Positions 48,512 through 59,250 of a DNA stretch of 64,000 nt are shown here, piece by piece. The stretch spans positions 4,166 through 68,165 of the forward strand of contig JAJFIX010000023.1 in NCBI GenBank assembly GCA_021774575.1, given 5' to 3'. Each line of letters starts with the position of its first letter. Within the stretch, counting starts at the first letter, position 1. The position numbers were made by a program, and so were the translations under genes. The notes beneath the pieces were generated by a model that was given only the letters and a program-made list of their open reading frames with translations, was not told where the DNA came from and ran no database searches. Origin of the DNA: Alphaproteobacteria bacterium (GTDB lineage Bacteria; Pseudomonadota; Alphaproteobacteria; UBA6615).

Positions 48512-49516
48512 ATGAAACGCCACGCATTGAACGGGGAGACGATGGGAACCCGTTGGTTCGTTCTGGTTTATGCCCCAGCGACGACGGATATTGAGGCTCT
48601 TGAGATCGCCCTCGCCGCCGCGGTGGGTCGGGTGGATAATCAAATGTCTACGTGGAAGCTCGATAGCGACCTGATGCGCCTAAACGCGACGCCTCCGGGC
48701 CAATGGATCTCGCTGCCGCCGGAATTGACCTTTGTGTTGGCCAAAGGATTGGAAATTGGACGAGCCTCGGGTGGCGCCTTCGATATTGGACTAGGTGATC
48801 TCGTCAATGCGTGGGGTTTTGGTCCCGCTAGGAATGCACCCGACCCGGCGGCAATTCAGTCCTGCCTTGGTCGGGTACGATCACCGACCCACGAACTTCT
48901 GGAACTCGATAGGGCATCGTGCCGAGCGCGTATGAGTGCGCCGGTGCAGATCGATTTGTCGGGCATTGCCAAAGGTTTCGGCGTGGATGAGATGGTACGG
49001 GTTTTAGAGAGCTTTTCCATTGAAAACGCATTGGTCGGTCTTGACGGCGAACTCAAAGCCTTAGGTGCAAAACCAGGCGGCACGCCTTGGGCGGTGGCGG
49101 TTGAAAAACCTGACTATGACCGTCGGAGTCCGATGGGGGTGGTCGCGCTGCAAAACTCAGCCATCGCAACCTCGGGTGACTATCGCCATTGGGTCGATGT
49201 CGGCGCGACACGTTTGTCCCACACAATGGTGCTGTCGCGCGGCGGTCCGGTAAATAACGCAATAGCCTCGGTGACGGTATTAACCGCGGACTGTGTTGAC
49301 GCCGATGCCTGGGCAACAGCGTTGCTTGTGCTGGGCGAGTCCGAGGGCGCCAAACTTGCCGAAAAAAACAAATTGGAGGCGCTGATCGTCTCTCGAACCA
49401 GCACCGGTCTGCATAAAGTATGTGTCGGCCCGGTATGGCAAGAATCACAGCCAAAGTTAGCTATGCTGGGTACCGTCGTGAGTTCAATGTTGAAGCTCGG
49501 ACGCGCCGAAATTTGA
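48512..49516 (+). CDS. apbE: ApbE-family FAD:protein FMN transferase
   Basis: ApbE-family conservation ('GDLVNAWGFGPA', 'GIAKGFGVDE', 'AIATSGDY'). No obvious signal peptide from either candidate start (48494 or 48512). Confidence 0.7.
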   Translation: MKRHALNGETMGTRWFVLVYAPATTDIEALEIALAAAVGRVDNQMSTWKLDSDLMRLNATPPGQWISLPPELTFVLAKGLEIGRASGGAFDIGLGDLVNAWGFGPARNAPDPAAIQSCLGRVRSPTHELLELDRASCRARMSAPVQIDLSGIAKGFGVDEMVRVLESFSIENALVGLDGELKALGAKPGGTPWAVAVEKPDYDRRSPMGVVALQNSAIATSGDYRHWVDVGATRLSHTMVLSRGGPVNNAIASVTVLTADCVDADAWATALLVLGESEGAKLAEKNKLEALIVSRTSTGLHKVCVGPVWQESQPKLAMLGTVVSSMLKLGRAEI

Positions 49517-49641
49517 GGCAATTTGGCCGAAAAAACTCAAAAGGCGCGCCGAATAAGAGGGCAATGTGAGGTATTGCTGTCGGGCAGATTGACGGGGGTT
49601 TGTTTATGGGAGTACATGAATAGCGTTTGAGGACTTAGGGT

Positions 49642-51018
49642 GTGTTCGTGAAGGAATTTTGGACCATACGAGGTTGGGGCTTCGTCGTCGGAGCCTGTGT
49701 TTTTATTTTTGCCGCCCACATGTTTTACGGTGCGAATACGAACGCTTTGTCGATGATATTTGCCGCCGCCGCTTATATCTTGTGCGGTCTCGCATTTGCG
49801 CTGACATTTCGGGTGGAAAGCAACGAATTTTTGGTGCGCCATCGCGTCTTGATGTTGCTGTTTCTATTCATTCTCGTTGCTGGTTTTTTGCAGCTTACGC
49901 CATTTGGAATCGGTGGTCCCCATCCGCTCTGGCTTAACCTTGATGGGCCTTCGGCGGTGACCCTTGACCGGGATGCAACTCAACGCGCGTTGCGCCATTT
50001 CGGCGCTGTGGGAGCGGTATTTCTATTCGGCGCGGCACTGGCTGCCGATTCTCGCCGTGCCCGTCTCTTCTTCCAGGTGCTGATGATAGCAATTGCCGCC
50101 TATTCGATCTGGGCGTTCGCGGCGTTTATGCTGGACACTGGGGCGTTATATGGTGTCGAGCGACCGTACCATCGTGGTCGGCTCGCTGCTAGTTTTCTAT
50201 CGGCCAATAGCGCGGCGACATTGTTTGGGACTTTCGGGGTGCTGGCAATGGCGGAAATTCTTCAAGCGCTTCGATATCGGGACGGGCGCGCCGCAACGCG
50301 CGCCGCAATAATCGAGATCCGCTTGCGTCGCGCGGCTTTGCCCGTAATCGCCCTGGCCTTTGCGATGACGTGCCTAGCATTGACCGCTTCGCGCGCGGGT
50401 ATTGCCGTTTCAGGCGCTGCATTGCTCATCCTCATCGGCTGGGAATTGCTTGGCAATAATCATCGTCGCTTGTCGTGGCGTGTTCCAGCGGCCGTTGCCG
50501 CTATCTCCGCCGGCGCTCTGCTTACTGTCACGATGCTCTCCGGCGAACTTGCGGTATCACGGTTTGGCGAAATCGAGACCACTTTGTCCGGGCGCACCCA
50601 ACTCTTTGAAGCTCATTGGGGGGCATTTAAGCAGGCACCGTGGTCCGGCCAGGGGCTGGGTACGTTTCACGTTATCAATCAATTAATCCAGACTTCAAAT
50701 AACTGGCAAAATCTAAATTTTAGCGGCGCAACCCACAACGTTTTCATCCAAGCGCTGGAGGAAGGCGGCGTTCTTATTGCACTACCGCTATTTGCCTTGG
50801 TCGGCCTCATACTGATCCAAATTTTTTACGGGATCGGGCGCCGTCGGCGCATGGCGGGCCGACTGCGCGCTATATTGATCTTCGGTTTTGTGGTGATTGG
50901 CCATGGGACCGTTGATTACGCACTTGAGGTGCCGTCGATTGCTTTGTATTGGGCTTTGCTGCTGGGAGTAGGGGCTGGTTTGGCCGTGGCACGATCAAAG
51001 TCTAGGTCGCCGCGCTAG
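49642..51018 (+). CDS. O-antigen ligase / Wzy-like polysaccharide polymerase-family membrane protein
   Basis: Roughly 12 TM segments and an O-antigen-ligase loop region ('LTASRAGIAVSGAALLILIGW'). GTG start. Confidence 0.6.
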   Translation: MFVKEFWTIRGWGFVVGACVFIFAAHMFYGANTNALSMIFAAAAYILCGLAFALTFRVESNEFLVRHRVLMLLFLFILVAGFLQLTPFGIGGPHPLWLNLDGPSAVTLDRDATQRALRHFGAVGAVFLFGAALAADSRRARLFFQVLMIAIAAYSIWAFAAFMLDTGALYGVERPYHRGRLAASFLSANSAATLFGTFGVLAMAEILQALRYRDGRAATRAAIIEIRLRRAALPVIALAFAMTCLALTASRAGIAVSGAALLILIGWELLGNNHRRLSWRVPAAVAAISAGALLTVTMLSGELAVSRFGEIETTLSGRTQLFEAHWGAFKQAPWSGQGLGTFHVINQLIQTSNNWQNLNFSGATHNVFIQALEEGGVLIALPLFALVGLILIQIFYGIGRRRRMAGRLRAILIFGFVVIGHGTVDYALEVPSIALYWALLLGVGAGLAVARSKSRSPR

Positions 51019-51693
51019 TTACCGGCGAGGGACAAAATTTGTTCCCAAAACTTGTTCGATGGCCTCAATCGCGCCGTCCTCGGCTCGCCGGTTTTCAAGG
51101 CGTGCTAGCAGCTCCGTCAGCCAATTGCGACCCCATGCCGTTGTGCCAAAATTACGCAGCGACCGACGTGCAGCTAATTGTAGGTTGTCGTCAAGGTCTT
51201 GCCACAAGCTTAAGGTAAATTCGATTCGCCATTGTTGAAAGGACAGGTTGCCGTAGGGGATGGTATCAAATGAGTGCCGTAATGCATCTTGGCCCATGGA
51301 GCCCAGTCGCCCGGCTTGGATCGTATTGACATAGGCGAGGCGAGCCCAGGCGTCACCTTGTGCAGGGTTGCGAGCTAGACCAGCATAGCTCTCTGTGCGT
51401 ATACGATCAAAATCCAGTGGACGTTCGGTGAGTGCCAGACGGGCGGCCTGATGATGTAATCTTCCGGTTTCGCGTCGGTCGACTAGTAATTCTCGAGCCT
51501 CGGTGAGCGCGGTGGCTCTGGCTATATCTGACGGGGCCTCTGTGGCCCGGGAAAGCGCTGCGTCAACCTTATCGGCCCGAAGATCCCACCGGCCATAGTT
51601 CGCGGTAGAAATTGCGGCGAGAAAACATAGCATGGGTAATACCCAATGCAGCAGGCCAATTAGTGGCCCATTAAATTTCAGTTGCCGCCTCAT
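51019..51693 (-). CDS. hypothetical membrane-anchored protein (EPS locus)
   Basis: ORF with an N-terminal TM segment. Translationally coupled to the upstream Wzc-like gene (ATGA overlap). No recognised domain. Confidence 0.4.
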   Translation of the reverse strand: MRRQLKFNGPLIGLLHWVLPMLCFLAAISTANYGRWDLRADKVDAALSRATEAPSDIARATALTEARELLVDRRETGRLHHQAARLALTERPLDFDRIRTESYAGLARNPAQGDAWARLAYVNTIQAGRLGSMGQDALRHSFDTIPYGNLSFQQWRIEFTLSLWQDLDDNLQLAARRSLRNFGTTAWGRNWLTELLARLENRRAEDGAIEAIEQVLGTNFVPRR

Positions 51694-53993
51694 CCTTCGG
51701 CATAATAGTTTTTATAACTATTGTAGAAATATCCGGTATCGCCATTTCCGTATCTTCCCTGTGCGTCCATATCGACAAGGCTCAAGGCAACGCCGGCAAT
51801 CGGAGCGTGGGCGGCGGTTAAGATGTCGACCGCCGATTTGACTGCTTTGCGGTGAGTCTTATTCCATCGCGCCAACATGATTACGGCGTCAGCGGTGGCG
51901 GCGAGAGTACGGGTTTCTGTGACCGCCAACAACGGCGCCGTATCGATGACAATAAAATCGTAGCGCGTTCGCAATTGCGCCTGCAGCGATTGCATTTGGT
52001 CGGATCCAAAGACATCCCGCGGCGTCTGATGCGCTGACGCAACCGGAAGAATATCAAGGCCGGTTTTTGGGTCGGTGATCAGGGCATTGTCCAATGGAAT
52101 TTCGCCGGCAAGGACTTCCAGCAGTCCAAACTTGCGTTGCTCACCTATATTTTGGGTGAGGATATGTCGACGTAAGTCGCAGTCGAGCAAGATGGTCTTT
52201 GCCCCGAGCAACTGAGATATCTGGGCCAAACAGTGTGCCGCAGCGGTCTTGCCCTCGTTCGGCAGAGCCGAGGTTACGATAACTGTTTTTGTTTCCCGGT
52301 CTAGATTGGAATAGGTGACTGAGGCGCGCAGCGCCCGGAATGCCTCTGCAAAACCCGAGAGTGGGACTTCAGCAATATAGTCGGCCGGTTGGCGTCCACT
52401 GGCACGCTCCTTCGGCAATTTGGGGATAGAGGTTAACAACGGCATGCCAAGTTCGCGTTCGACGTCTTCTGCTCCACGTAACCCTGTTTCCAGCATTTCG
52501 GCGATGAAAACGGCGCTCGTGCCCGCCATGCCAGCAAGCATGAGAGCCAGCAAACCGGCGAGACTCAAGCTCGGGAAACTCGGATTTATCGGAATTGATG
52601 CCCGAGAAATGATGCGGGCATCGGCTTGTTGGAGGCTCGCAGCCTCGTTGGTTTGCTTGAAACGGGTTAGGAAGGAATCATACAATGCGCGGTCGGTCTC
52701 TGCCTCGCGCTGCAGTTCACGCAACCTTACCATCGCCGTGTTGTTGCGAATTAACTCGCCGCGCTGGTTTTCAACGCTTGACTCAAGAGAGGATAATTGT
52801 TGACGGGCGACACTAACTTCACTTTCCAGCCCGGAGACGATCCGCCTGATTTCACGATTGAGCGCCGTTCCCAAGTCGGCAATTTCGCGCTGAACCCGTT
52901 GTATTTCCGGGTGTCGATCGCCATAACGGCTCGACAAATCTGCTTTTTCACGCAGAACTTCCGATTGCTGATTGCGCAAATCTCGAACGACGTCTGATGA
53001 CAGGACTTCAATGACCGCTTCGCCATTGCCGCCACCGCTGAGCTGGCGGCGCGCGGCGGCTAACCGTGCTTCGCGCTCGGTAAGGTCAGCCCGCAATATG
53101 ATCAATTGCCCGTTTAAATCGATGATTTGTTGTTGGGTTAGTGTGGTTCCATTGGCATCAAGCAGGCCTTCTTCGGCGCGATAGAGTTCAACGGCGCGTT
53201 CGCCAGCTTGAACGCGCTCAGCTAGGTTGCCGAGCCGGTCGCTAAGCCAATTATTGGCGAGTTCAGTCGCCTCGAATTGGGCCTCCAACTGGTCGACGAG
53301 ATAGAGATCCGCCAGCCCGTTGGCCAGCAGGGCAGCCTGTTCTGAACGTTCGCTTTTAACCGAGACCAGGATGACATGAGTGAGGCCTGATCGCCTGACC
53401 TCCACCGCATTGCGTAGCGTATTGATCGTTGATTCGCGCTCGGTCCGCAGCATATCTTCTGGTGTTTGGAGCTGTTGCGCTTCTGATGGCACCAGGGCGC
53501 GCAGCAATCCGAAAACGGCTGAGCCGGCGTTGCGAATCCAGGACAGGGGACCATTGCTCTCATCGCTAACTTGGCTATTCCATTCGCCATCTGCCATCAA
53601 ATCAAGGTCCTCAACCAACCGTGCGGCCAGGGCGTGGGACCCAATAATTTGAACTTCTGTATCGACCACCGCCGAGTCCGGTGGCAAGCCGGAAAGCACC
53701 GATTCGATATCGACAACCTGCTGCTGTCGCGGGTCAACGATGAGTTCGACGGTGCCCGTATATATCGGCGTCAACTGTAGAATGATCAATATGGCGAGTG
53801 AAAAGACTGCACCTGAAACGATCGCGGCCAGAGTTAAACGGCGACGCGCGATTGCTATGAGCTGGTGCAAATCGATGAAATTTGGAACAGCTGACGGCAT
53901 CGACGAGTAACTATTGGCCGGTTCGGTTGTGCCCGATACACCGGCGGCTTCTCGATTGACTGGCTGTTGGCTCATCGGGCGCCTATCTGTCAT
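51690..53993 (-). CDS. polysaccharide co-polymerase / tyrosine autokinase (Wzc / ExoP / GumC family)
   Basis: Wzz-like periplasmic coiled-coil region. C-terminal P-loop kinase 'SALPNEGKTAAAH' and a Tyr-rich tail 'GYFYNSYKNYYAEG'. Confidence 0.8.
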   Translation of the reverse strand: MTDRRPMSQQPVNREAAGVSGTTEPANSYSSMPSAVPNFIDLHQLIAIARRRLTLAAIVSGAVFSLAILIILQLTPIYTGTVELIVDPRQQQVVDIESVLSGLPPDSAVVDTEVQIIGSHALAARLVEDLDLMADGEWNSQVSDESNGPLSWIRNAGSAVFGLLRALVPSEAQQLQTPEDMLRTERESTINTLRNAVEVRRSGLTHVILVSVKSERSEQAALLANGLADLYLVDQLEAQFEATELANNWLSDRLGNLAERVQAGERAVELYRAEEGLLDANGTTLTQQQIIDLNGQLIILRADLTEREARLAAARRQLSGGGNGEAVIEVLSSDVVRDLRNQQSEVLREKADLSSRYGDRHPEIQRVQREIADLGTALNREIRRIVSGLESEVSVARQQLSSLESSVENQRGELIRNNTAMVRLRELQREAETDRALYDSFLTRFKQTNEAASLQQADARIISRASIPINPSFPSLSLAGLLALMLAGMAGTSAVFIAEMLETGLRGAEDVERELGMPLLTSIPKLPKERASGRQPADYIAEVPLSGFAEAFRALRASVTYSNLDRETKTVIVTSALPNEGKTAAAHCLAQISQLLGAKTILLDCDLRRHILTQNIGEQRKFGLLEVLAGEIPLDNALITDPKTGLDILPVASAHQTPRDVFGSDQMQSLQAQLRTRYDFIVIDTAPLLAVTETRTLAATADAVIMLARWNKTHRKAVKSAVDILTAAHAPIAGVALSLVDMDAQGRYGNGDTGYFYNSYKNYYAEG

Positions 53994-54047
53994 TCGACCG
54001 ACGCATGGCCGTAAAATTAGTGGGGGAGCTAATCAAATTAGTGGAAA

Positions 54048-55616
54048 TTATAGTTTTAAAATCACCGAAAGGAGCAGGCTGTTGACCTGATGATCGGCGC
54101 CGGATAGGGCTCCGGTGGAGTTGCGTTTGGAAAAATTATACGAGGCGCCGATTTCCGTATTGCGGTTTATTAGATACTTCACACCTGTGTTCAAATTGTA
54201 ATTTATATCGTCACGATCGACGGCATCGAATTCCTCGAGAGAATAGCCAATGCCGCCGCTTATAATGAGGTTGCGTAGTAGCTCATGATCGGCATTCAGG
54301 TTCGCGTTTGTAACAAAAATACCGCCCGAACCTGGAACGCCGGAATCGGAAATTTCGCGGGAGATATTAAACGCGACGGTCGTCAATCCGGTGGGAAACC
54401 ACTCGACACCGCCACGTGCCGTGAATCCGTTCATATTGCCCAGAGACGCGCCTTCGAAGCGCTGGCTGGTATAGCCAACGGACAACTCGCCCCGTACCAA
54501 ATTTGAAATATCGAAGGTCGATCCGACGAGGATTTCATAACCCCATGAATCACGATCAAGGGGAACCGTCGGTGGTTGCAAATCGTAAGACCGCTCGTTC
54601 CAACCCAAATCGACGAAAACGGATGTATCGGGACTGACCGCATATTCGTTGCGCAGTCCTGCGGAAAGGACATAACGATCTCGGTCGTCCTGGTCGACCG
54701 CCACACCGGTGCTTGTCACCCCATCGTCATAATTATAGGTCATGAATTCAAAACGCCCGGCAAAACGTAAGCGATTGAGTTCCTGGGATGCTGCGGCGTA
54801 GGCGGTAAGTGTGTCAAATTCGGTCGGTTCGATGGTGCCGCCAGCGGAACTCGATGACGATCGCGCTTCATGGGTGAGGTCATAGCGGATACCCGCGCCC
54901 ACTGCTGTGGTGCTTGATACGTCTACCTCTCCGTCGGCAAAAAACCCATAGTCCAAATGGCTTTCATCATCGAAATCAAAGAAATGAGCATAGTCGGTGT
55001 AGGCCCCAGCTTTGAGCGAATGGCGAGACCACATTGACGCAATATCGATTTTCGGGCTGATCGTCAGGATGACGTCCCCCTCTTCGCCAAAATCGGTGGC
55101 GAAGATATTGTCATTGAATTCAAGGTCGGTGGTCAGAGACGGGTCCAGCATGAAAGAGGAAATGCGAAGACCCTTTTGGTCGAAGGCGGGGCGAGTCCGT
55201 TCGGCAACACTAACGTTGCGCGACGGGTCGCTACCGTTTGATTCAGCCCCGCGCCTTGGCCCTGCACTCTGTGCGACAATATAATTTCTCGGCCTCGATG
55301 TTGGCACAGCAACGCCGCTGCCGAGAACATGGGTATCTGCGTCGGCGGATACGGTATTTGCACTATCTGCTGTGGCGGCTTCTGCTTCGATGGCAGTGTC
55401 AGCATCTGAAACGGGCACTGTACGGGGCTGCTCAGGGGATTCGATTGACGCTACAGTAGCGCCGTCCACTTCATGCATCGCCTTATATGCCGGGTGATCG
55501 TACCAGGTTCCGCGAAAAATTTCCGCAGAGGCGGAGGCCGACAGGCCAGATATTCCAACGGCAGCCACACAAAACCCGGTCGCTAAACCAAATCCAATCA
55601 AACATTTGTCACGCAT
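54048..55616 (-). CDS. putative outer-membrane beta-barrel protein associated with polysaccharide export
   Basis: Signal peptide and abundant alternating aromatic/hydrophilic strands with frequent Y/F/G/N/D typical of OM barrels. Family not determinable. Confidence 0.45.
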   Translation of the reverse strand: MRDKCLIGFGLATGFCVAAVGISGLSASASAEIFRGTWYDHPAYKAMHEVDGATVASIESPEQPRTVPVSDADTAIEAEAATADSANTVSADADTHVLGSGVAVPTSRPRNYIVAQSAGPRRGAESNGSDPSRNVSVAERTRPAFDQKGLRISSFMLDPSLTTDLEFNDNIFATDFGEEGDVILTISPKIDIASMWSRHSLKAGAYTDYAHFFDFDDESHLDYGFFADGEVDVSSTTAVGAGIRYDLTHEARSSSSSAGGTIEPTEFDTLTAYAAASQELNRLRFAGRFEFMTYNYDDGVTSTGVAVDQDDRDRYVLSAGLRNEYAVSPDTSVFVDLGWNERSYDLQPPTVPLDRDSWGYEILVGSTFDISNLVRGELSVGYTSQRFEGASLGNMNGFTARGGVEWFPTGLTTVAFNISREISDSGVPGSGGIFVTNANLNADHELLRNLIISGGIGYSLEEFDAVDRDDINYNLNTGVKYLINRNTEIGASYNFSKRNSTGALSGADHQVNSLLLSVILKL

Positions 55617-56264
55617 ATAATACGAACTCCACGAACTGCTACTGCTTCAAAATCAATTACGTAATGCCCAATGTGACACCATTTTGCCAGTAATTTTTTA
55701 AAATTTAGCTGGCTGGGAACAAGGAACTCTTGCGTATTTAACACAGGGTTGGAAGTTATTGCAACTTTTGGATTTAACGGAATTATTAGGTGTTACTAAT
55801 GCGGGAGTTAAGGGTGTCTTTGGAACTCTTCCGGCCTCGGCTATTTATCCGTTGCGGGTGGGTCTGTCCATTTTGGTCGGACTGATATAATTCAAGGTCG
55901 CATGCGTCCTTTACCGGTTGTATAAGATTCGATGTAGTCGAAGATTTGGCTCTTTGCTTGCTTCTGGTGGGCAAAGTTGCGGTGGAGAGGATAACCGCAT
56001 GCCTCAGAGGCTAGGTGTGTCCCGAGCAATTTAAAGCTTACCTCCAATGTCATCGGCGCGTAATTAAAGTTATGTTTTTTTCCACCATTGCCTATGCATA
56101 TTAATTTTCCGGATCAGTCCCGCAGGAAGCCTTTCGTGATTATTCCCTAGGTTGTAGCCCAAGTATTTCATACCGTTACGGATTATATAGGTGGGAAGCA
56201 AATGATAGGTCTTGTGTCCGTGTAGATAAAGTAATTCGGACTTCAAATACTGTATACCTTCCTC

Positions 56265-56600
56265 TTAGGGCTTTCCAAGGGGCGCCAATACCCAGTTTTC
56301 GTATTTGTGAAAGGCGCCGATGTCAAAATGTCGCTTGAAATCCTCCCAAATAGTATGGCTGTGTGAATGGTAGATTTTCGCTTCCGTTGAATGCGCCAGG
56401 GCGTATCCGGCTAAAATCAATTTTGCACCGGCGTAGGTATCCTCCCCCAGAATCAGATTCACCCGGAGTCCGCCGGTTTCTTCGCCGCGCAAGCCATCCA
56501 GCACAGTCCGGATTTTTTCTTCCGCCGAGTATTGTTTGCGGCGGATGTCCTTGATTGCCTTGGCTGCACCCGTCTGTCGGGTCTCCGATTTCTGCCTCAT
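56265..56600 (-). pseudogene. probable gene remnant in an AT-rich decayed segment (short N-terminal stretch resembles an IS3-type OrfA leader; rest unassignable)
   Basis: The 55.6-57.7 kb stretch has lower GC and only short, overlapping ORFs. 'RRKQYSAEEKIRTVLDGLRGEE' loosely resembles IS3-family OrfA N-termini. Confidence 0.25.
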
Positions 56601-57678
56601 CTGCGTTCCCTTCGGTCACTACGATGAGCCAGAATTCCTCTCTTATGCAATACCGCTAATCTGTTCCATAGGCGCTGACGTCAAACAGTATGTTTCCGGT
56701 CATGTATTTCAGCATAACAATATCTATCTGCAGATAGAGGCAAAAATTGATGCCAGGCCGAATGGCCATGATTCGTGCAGAACTGACCAAATTGAGGGTT
56801 TTGCCATCGAATTAGGTGCTGAAGTAGCAGCGGCATGGCCCTTAAGAGTAAAGCGGTTTGACGCCATGGACCGAATTTGCCAAATGCCGAATAACGCGAA
56901 GAACAAGCCGGTCAAAGCATAAACAACGTTACATCCAAAACATGGATTTGGGTATAAAGTCCAAAAAAATTGTTCCCAAAAATTAATAGACGGGAGAGGT
57001 TGGGTAATAGTTGCCACCAGCTCAAAGCTACGTAGCGCTCCTCCAGTTGAAATTTGGCGGAAACAAATTTTATGATTACTTGCCCAACTACAAATAATCC
57101 CATAATAAATAGCATAGTGCGGTTTGTGGCATCATGTGGCCCCCAAAATGCCCAAATATACATGACCGATAGGGCCAGAATTGGGGTAAAAAACAGCCAT
57201 TTAGGAGACGGGATTAACCATCGGCGGCCATCCCAACCCTCTCTTCCAAATGTTTTAAGCGAAAACTGTGCTATGCCAAAGCTGGCAGCTATGCTCACCA
57301 GCGTGGCCATGGCGTTTACTGAACCAAAACTCCAAAATCAGCCGCACCGAGTTTACGTGCCACTAGCATGTTGACAAAAAACATGGAACCGGAGCCGATG
57401 AGTGCCCCGCCCATAGAAGGGATATGTGCGGAAAGTGTCGTTGGGCGGATTGCCAAATAGGCAAGTTAGCAAAATAGGAGGGGTATATACGAACAGGTAT
57501 CCTATTGGCGGGGTTCCCGCTATCAACGGCCTGCAGCACGGCCTCTTTCTTGAGTTCATTCCTGAGCCAAATATGACTTTTTATTTTAATGCCTCCCATG
57601 GTTACAAAACTACCCAGCAAAGCGTATGCAAGCTAGGGACAGTCTAGCTGCGCCCGGTCCTATATCGCGCCAAATCTT

Positions 57679-59160
57679 CTAATACACATTTTCATTTTTC
57701 AACAAAGCCAGGCCGGTAAGCCAAAAAACAATCTTCAGGTCCAACCAGGCCGACCATCTGTCAATGTAATCTAGGTCGAATTTAATTCGGTTTTCCATCT
57801 TCGTTGGGTCGCCGGTTTCGCCGCGCCAGCCATTGACTTGGGCCCATCCAGTTATGCCGGGTTTAACCTTGTGACGGTTGGCGTACCGTTCGATGATTTT
57901 GCCGTATTTGCTGTTGTGAATCAGGGCGTGGGGGCGGGGGCCGACCAAGGACATTTCTCCGGTAAACACGTTCAGGAACTGGGGTAATTCGTCCAGGCTT
58001 GTCCTGCGTAGGAACCGACCGACACGGGTTATCCTTGTATCGTTTTTCGTTGCCTGTTTTAGGCGAGAGGAGGCACTGTCTTCAAGCACACTCATTGAGC
58101 GAAACTTTAGGACGTTGATGACTTGGTGATTTAGTCCATGCCGCTGTTGGCGGAAAATTACCGGCCCAGGACTACTCAGTTTGACGGCTAGGGCAATGAA
58201 ACCAAGAAGCGGAGCTAAAAGTATGAGCGCGGCGCCGGCGATAGAAATATCCATGACGCGCTTCACGCATAGATTCCAGCCGACGAGCGCCGATTTGCGG
58301 ATCTCGATGACATTGGTGCTGCCTAGGCGGCGAATATTAGCTTGCCGTAAATGTCGACCGACCAAGTCGGTGTAAAGGCAGACTTGGGTGGCCAGGGCGC
58401 CGAGTTCATCAAGGGCGCTGACGATCCTCTCTTGGGCAATCTCGGGTACCATAACCACAATGAAATCGACCGGATTCGAACGGCAATACTCGATTAGACC
58501 AGCAAGACCGACCTTCAGTTGGCTGGTCTCGTCCTGGTCGTTGGCGCCATCGAATATGCCTACAATTTCGTATCCGGTATAGCCCAAAGTATCGGCAAAA
58601 TCCCGGCAGTCCTGTCGGTCGCCCAGGATTGCAACTCGTTGCCGGAAATAGCCGCGTCGAACAAGCGCCGCCAGCGTTGCCGCCGCCAGAGTTCGGATAC
58701 CGATCACGCCAATCAGGCTGAAACCAGCCCAAACGATCATCCAGCCGCGCGAGTAATCTTGGCCAATTTTAAGCAAATAGCCGAGTGCGGTCAGAGAGAA
58801 GAACATCGTGGTAATGGCAACGAATATGGCGCTTGCACGCACCGGCATGCGGTGATGAAACGAATCGGTATCGTAAAGGTGACGCGTCCTAAACAGAATG
58901 CTAGCAAAAATCATTCCGACAATGCCGATGGCAAAATATTCACCGAGGCCATTCGCCGTTGCCAAATAGAGATCGAGATAAGCATACTTAGCCAAAATTG
59001 CGGCGGTTAGAATGGTTGCGGCGTCGCCGATCGCCAGGAGATCGGCAATCATCTTCGGCGTGACCGTTTTGACCAGGCCCCGGCGTCGCTTCTGCGCTGC
59101 CGACAGAGGCTGCGGCCTCAATTCGGGGAATTCTAGGGAAGTTGAATTTGTCAAAGACAT
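57679..59160 (-). CDS. undecaprenyl-phosphate hexose-1-phosphate transferase (WbaP/ExoY/CpsE 'bacterial sugar transferase' family)
   Basis: Five N-terminal TM segments then a conserved C-domain 'PGPVIFRQQRHG..KFRSM..DELPQFLNV..MSLVGPRP..PGITGWAQVNG'. Confidence 0.85.
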   Translation of the reverse strand: MSLTNSTSLEFPELRPQPLSAAQKRRRGLVKTVTPKMIADLLAIGDAATILTAAILAKYAYLDLYLATANGLGEYFAIGIVGMIFASILFRTRHLYDTDSFHHRMPVRASAIFVAITTMFFSLTALGYLLKIGQDYSRGWMIVWAGFSLIGVIGIRTLAAATLAALVRRGYFRQRVAILGDRQDCRDFADTLGYTGYEIVGIFDGANDQDETSQLKVGLAGLIEYCRSNPVDFIVVMVPEIAQERIVSALDELGALATQVCLYTDLVGRHLRQANIRRLGSTNVIEIRKSALVGWNLCVKRVMDISIAGAALILLAPLLGFIALAVKLSSPGPVIFRQQRHGLNHQVINVLKFRSMSVLEDSASSRLKQATKNDTRITRVGRFLRRTSLDELPQFLNVFTGEMSLVGPRPHALIHNSKYGKIIERYANRHKVKPGITGWAQVNGWRGETGDPTKMENRIKFDLDYIDRWSAWLDLKIVFWLTGLALLKNENVY

Positions 59161-59250
59161 AAATACTAATGCTAAAGTGCTATAATTGCGGGGGACTCTT
59201 AACTAGTCGAATACGAGTTAGCGCCAATAATGTCGTCAGGTCAATTCAAT

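Noticed and set aside
56265-56600. Intact insertion sequence or transposase
   Set aside because: Only ~20 residues resemble an IS3-type OrfA leader. There is no DDE domain, no inverted repeats and no target duplication.
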